Source: Candidatus Latescibacterota bacterium
Lineage (GTDB): Bacteria > Latescibacterota > UBA2968 > GCA-2709665
Assembly (NCBI GenBank): GCA_965116875.1
Contig: OZ220733.1
Span: 2,304,001-2,368,000 of the forward strand
Direction of reading: 5' to 3'
Length of the DNA: 64,000 nucleotides
Positions 59,951 through 64,000 of this stretch are shown piece after piece. The translations under genes and the position numbers were made by a program. Under the pieces are notes generated by a model, which saw nothing but the letters and a program-made list of their open reading frames with translations, was not told the DNA's origin and ran no database searches. How positions within the stretch are numbered: position 1 is the first letter of the stretch; each line of letters begins with the position of its first letter.

Positions 59951-61498
59951 TCAGGCGTGGGCGACCTTGAAGGCCGTTATGTTTCGGGTGTTTTTGCTGA
60001 ATTCTACCGCTATCAGGTGGATCGGCCGGTCCAGTCCGCGATATTTGTCCGCGTATTGCTTCTCCTGCAACTGCGCCATCGCCGCCCCCTCAGACGCCAG
60101 TTCAACCACTTTGAACTCGAACAGGTAGATATTGTCGTTGAATTGAACAGCCATATCCACACGCCCGTGACTGCTGCTGTCTTCCACGGTGACGTCAAAC
60201 CCCAATCCCGCGAAATAGGAATAGAAGACGCTGGCGTAGTAGCCTTCGTAGTTGGCGACGTCGTTGTTGGCGTACCATTCGTAGGGGATGCTTGCGAAGA
60301 TGGCGTGGAAGAGTGTTTCGAGGCTTGCGAAGTCGTTGGCTTCGAGCAGGCGGAACAGACGGACGCTATTCGCCATCTGCCGGGTTGCGTCCTTTACCAG
60401 ATAGCGCAACAGGCTCTCATTCAGGCTTTGACGCACCTCCCGATTTGGATAGCCCAGCCGATAGAGGGACTTGCCGCCGAGGTTTTCTGTCCGCGTGATC
60501 GTGAGGTAGCCGGTCTGGAACAGCAGGGCCTCGGTTGCCATGTCGTCGACGTCAAAGGTAGATAACAGCTCTTCGCCGCCGATCATGTGATCCAGTTCCA
60601 GGGTACTGACGCGGCGTTGGAAAAGGATTTCGATGAGGAACGTGGGGGTACCGGTCTCGAACCAGTACGCGCCAAAGGTGCGTTTGTTGAATAGCAGAAG
60701 AATATCGAAGGGGTTGTACACTTTCTCCTCGCCCAGCCAGCTATAGCCATTGTACCACTCACGAATCTGCTCTCTGTCCAGTCCGGACAGTTCTGGCGCG
60801 AATACGGTGTCGACGTCCTCTTCGGTGTAGCCGCAGATGGCGGAATAGCGCGGGTCGATGGTGATGTCCGTGAGGTTGTTGAGGCCGGAGAAGAGGCGCA
60901 CTTTGGAGAATTTGCTGACGCCCGTGAGGAAGGTAAATCGGACATGCGCGTCACAGTCTTTGATGGTGGCATAAAGGCCGCGCAGGAAGTCGCGGTTGGC
61001 GCGGGCGATTTCCGGGAACTCGAGTGCGTCGAGGATCGGTTTGTCGTATTCGTCGACAAGAACGGCCACGCGATGACCTGCTTGCTCGTGAAGGATTTCC
61101 AATAGGGATGCGAATCGTCCGGGAGCCGTGGTGTAATCTGAGACGACCCCTGCTCGACGTTCAATGGCGGCGAGTTGCTCCATGAGGTTTGCCTGAAGGT
61201 AGCCCGGCTCATTAAAGTTGCCGCTGCCAAAGCTGAGGCGCAAAACGGCATAGTGCACCTGCCAATCCCAGTGGTCATGGATGTCCAATCCCTCAAACAA
61301 TGGCTCGTTGCCTTCAAACAGCTCTTTCAAGGTGTCCAGAAACAGGCTCTTGCCAAAGCGACGCGGCCGCGATAGAAAATAGTGCTTGCCCTCGGTCAGT
61401 AACTGCCGGATGTAGGTGGTCTTGTCGACGTAGTAGCAGTTCTGCTCCCGAATCTCGCGGAAGGTCTGAATGCCAATGGGCAGTCTGCGTCTGGTCAT
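59951..61498 (-). CDS. AAA-ATPase-like domain plus C-terminal PD-(D/E)XK nuclease (DUF1703-type) protein
   Basis: MTRRRLPIGIQTF..YYVDKT..RPRRFGKS..VLVDEYDKP..WYNGY..YNPF..YWFETGTP..GRVD..FEFK. Confidence 0.92.
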   Translation of the reverse strand: MTRRRLPIGIQTFREIREQNCYYVDKTTYIRQLLTEGKHYFLSRPRRFGKSLFLDTLKELFEGNEPLFEGLDIHDHWDWQVHYAVLRLSFGSGNFNEPGYLQANLMEQLAAIERRAGVVSDYTTAPGRFASLLEILHEQAGHRVAVLVDEYDKPILDALEFPEIARANRDFLRGLYATIKDCDAHVRFTFLTGVSKFSKVRLFSGLNNLTDITIDPRYSAICGYTEEDVDTVFAPELSGLDREQIREWYNGYSWLGEEKVYNPFDILLLFNKRTFGAYWFETGTPTFLIEILFQRRVSTLELDHMIGGEELLSTFDVDDMATEALLFQTGYLTITRTENLGGKSLYRLGYPNREVRQSLNESLLRYLVKDATRQMANSVRLFRLLEANDFASLETLFHAIFASIPYEWYANNDVANYEGYYASVFYSYFAGLGFDVTVEDSSSHGRVDMAVQFNDNIYLFEFKVVELASEGAAMAQLQEKQYADKYRGLDRPIHLIAVEFSKNTRNITAFKVAHA

Positions 61499-61825
61499 GG
61501 TACCCCTGTATGCGTTCGCCGGATCGGCCGCGTTCAACCGGGTGGCGGCATTCCTCTCACGTAGGTGACAGAAGCTGCAGGCCGGGGGAAAAATATAACG
61601 AGGCGCCTCCCGGAAGTCAAAGCCGCAGCGCAACGGTCTGGCGGAGAAAGCGCTAAATCCTTTCAACTTTTTGCGGCTCCCTGAATCGCCATACGAAAAC
61701 CATCTCAATTCCGAGCAATATACGGAAAACCTCTTGTCTCCACCTGGAAGTAAATGCCACTTCAGCAGGAAACAGTACTCGACACGAGATGTAAAAAGGA
61801 AACCGGACTTTCCGGAAAGGGCGCC

Positions 61826-64000
61826 ATGATACCCCGTATTTCACGTTTATCAGTTGCAATGTTGCTTTACATCCTGTCAGCGCCGACCGATGTCATCCAC
61901 GCCTCGCCTCCGCCCTGGGACGGCGTCCGCTTCCCGGGACCCGAACTCGGCCCGCAGCGGATGCCGCATAGCCACCCCGCGGCCAAGCGCGCGGCGGGCG
62001 TGAACGTGGGCGAGCCGCGCACGGTGCGGATGATCTACTTCCTGCCCAACGACCGCCAGGCCCGGCCGGACATAGACGAGACGTTCGATATCCTGATGAA
62101 TCAAGTACGACTATCATACGCCGAGCAGATGGAAAACCACGGATTCGGAGGGCGAACCTTTCGGATCGAGACCGACGCCGATGGAAGGGCTCTGGTGCAT
62201 CACGTGAAGGGTAGATTCGGCGATGCGCATTACCGTACCGATATGTTCGATACAGTATGGGATGAAGTGACCGAACGCTTCGATACGAGAAAGAACATCT
62301 ACCTTGTGTCCCTGGACGTAAGTGACGCCCCCTATTGCGGATTGGCCGCACCCTGGGGACCCGAAGGTGGAATGGCGGTCATTCCCTACGCCATCGTTAA
62401 GAAAGAGCATGCCTGGGATTGTGGTAACGTCGCCGTCATTGCCCATGAACTCGGTCACACATTTGGTCTGGCCCACGATACCTTCAGAAATGCTGCTCGC
62501 AGCCCATCGTCGTACCATACCGACTGGATGGTAACGTCGTTCGCCGCGACCGAATGGCTGGCCGCCCACCGCTATTTCAACGCCGGCAAGAGCTATCCTG
62601 AAAGAGATGATCCAACCGCGATTCATAATTCCCGCCCTGCTTGCCCCGCAGAACGTGTCGATCCCGGACGGAAATCTCGCCGCGGCAGTCAGGGATACTC
62701 TTGAATTGACGCCAGGGGAATCCGTGACGCAACTTGATATGCTGGGGTTGAGGAAGCTTCGCGCCTCCTCTCGTCAGATCACGGACCTTACCGGACTTGA
62801 GCACGCGGTGAATCTGATTGACCTGGACCTCGGCGGGAACGAGATCCACGACGTCACCCCCCTGGCCGGTTCGATCATTCTGGAAGTGTTGGCTCTTGGA
62901 AACAACCGCATATCCGAAATTCAACCGCTGATGCGGATGAACAATCTGCAGCGGTTGCGGTTAAGTGGGAATTCGGTATCGGATCTCTCCCCCCTGGCGA
63001 AGTTAACCAACCTGAAAGTGATCCTGCTCGCGGGGAACCCGATCGGGAATACGACGCCGCTGCACGGGCTGTTGCGTCGGAATCCCTTTTTGGAATTGGA
63101 TATTGACTCTCACTCGCTGGAGATCGTCTCAGGCGACGACCAGGAGGGCGCTCCCGGGTCGTTGCTATCGCAGCCCCTGGTCGTGGAAGTCCGCGACCCG
63201 CGCGGCGATCCCCTGGCTGGGGCGCGCGTCACTTTCACGGTCACCGCCGGCGAGGGCAAACTCAGCGGACGGTTCAGGGTGCAGCACACCACCACAGATG
63301 CCAGCGGCCGGGCCGGGTTGAACCTTACGCTGGGTCCTGATCGAGGTTCGAACACCGTGGTCGTGTCTCTCGGCGAGAGGGATATGGCAACGTTTACCGC
63401 CCGGGGCGCGGGCGACGCCGTGGCGGAACTGGACGGGGACCACCGGGCCTGGCATCTGCCGGAGGCAGCGACATTGCGCCTGGGCAGGGGCGCATTGGGA
63501 GAAAGCGACCGCGCAGTTACCCTTTCGCCGGACGGTCGCTGTCTGGCCGTGGCAAGCGGCATCGGCGTGTGGCTGTACGAGGCGTCTACGTCGCGGGCCC
63601 TGGCGCTGCTGCCGACGGCGAGTGCGGTCCGTTCGGTGGCGTTCTCCCTCGAAGGCACTCTGGCGTCAGGCCTGGATAACGGCCGGGTCGAGCTTTGGGA
63701 CGTGGAGACGGGCGCGTTGATCGGCGGAATGAGGCATGACAACTGGCGCGGAGTCACCGCGGTGGTGTTCTCGCCGGATGGGACTCGCCTGGCATCCGGA
63801 TCGTGGGACCAGGTGATCAAGCTATGGGATGTCGAGGCGAGGCGCGAGATAGCCGCCTGGGAGGCGCCGCGGGAGGGCGCCTCTCGCCACAAGTGCCGGA
63901 TCCGGACTTCGACGGCGACGGGACGGTGGGTTTTACGGACTTTCTGCAATTCGCGGCGCAGTTCGGTCTTGGACAGGAGGATACTGGATATGACGCGCGG
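61826..64000 (+). pseudogene. Fragmented secreted multidomain protein (metzincin peptidase, LRR, Ig-like, WD40, EF-hand tail); runs off the window
   Basis: Signal peptide and HELGHTFGLAH in the frame ending 62704. A different frame from ~62640 gives VSIPDGNL..LRR, IVSGDDQEG..Ig-like and AVVFSPDGTRLASGSWD..LWD WD40. A second shift at ~63890 gives PDFDGDGTVGFTDFLQFAAQFG. Confidence 0.8.

Noticed and set aside
1-64000. rRNA, tRNA, transposase or phage genes
   Set aside because: None recognised by eye; small RNAs could be missed without covariance searches.

Overview
GC-rich bacterial window, almost all coding on the + strand. The gene content (eukaryote-like LRRs, Calx-beta giant protein, WD40 and EF-hand-tailed secreted proteins, PorV-like barrel, AAA/PD-(D/E)XK protein) resembles sponge-associated Latescibacterota/Gemmatimonadota-type symbionts; that is inference only. 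Layout: (1) 1-2.2 kb: end of a Fis-HTH activator, then a sigma54-driven phospholipid-modification gene pair. (2) 2.2-15.2 kb: an array of about 10 uncharacterised secreted or lipoprotein paralogs built from a shuffled small beta module with exchangeable C-termini. It is interleaved with a duplicated structured GA-rich element, a higBA module, a truncated higA, and a PorV-like gene followed by an orphan alternative C-terminus. (3) 15.5-25 kb: an internalin-like LRR lipoprotein, a REC-PAS-PAS histidine kinase, and two sigma54 enhancer-binding proteins, one split by a 4-bp AAAG duplication. (4) 25.1-58.6 kb: one ~11,100-aa Calx-beta/LRR adhesin-like protein with a C-terminal autotransporter-like barrel. 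A conserved promoter cassette (paired TGTTGCA-N3-TGCRACA boxes ~215-255 bp upstream of a -24/-12 element) occurs four times around these genes. (5) 58.6-64 kb: an orphan promoter, gene relics, an AAA/PD-(D/E)XK gene and a deletion-broken multidomain protease gene. All calls come from reading the sequence; no searches were run.
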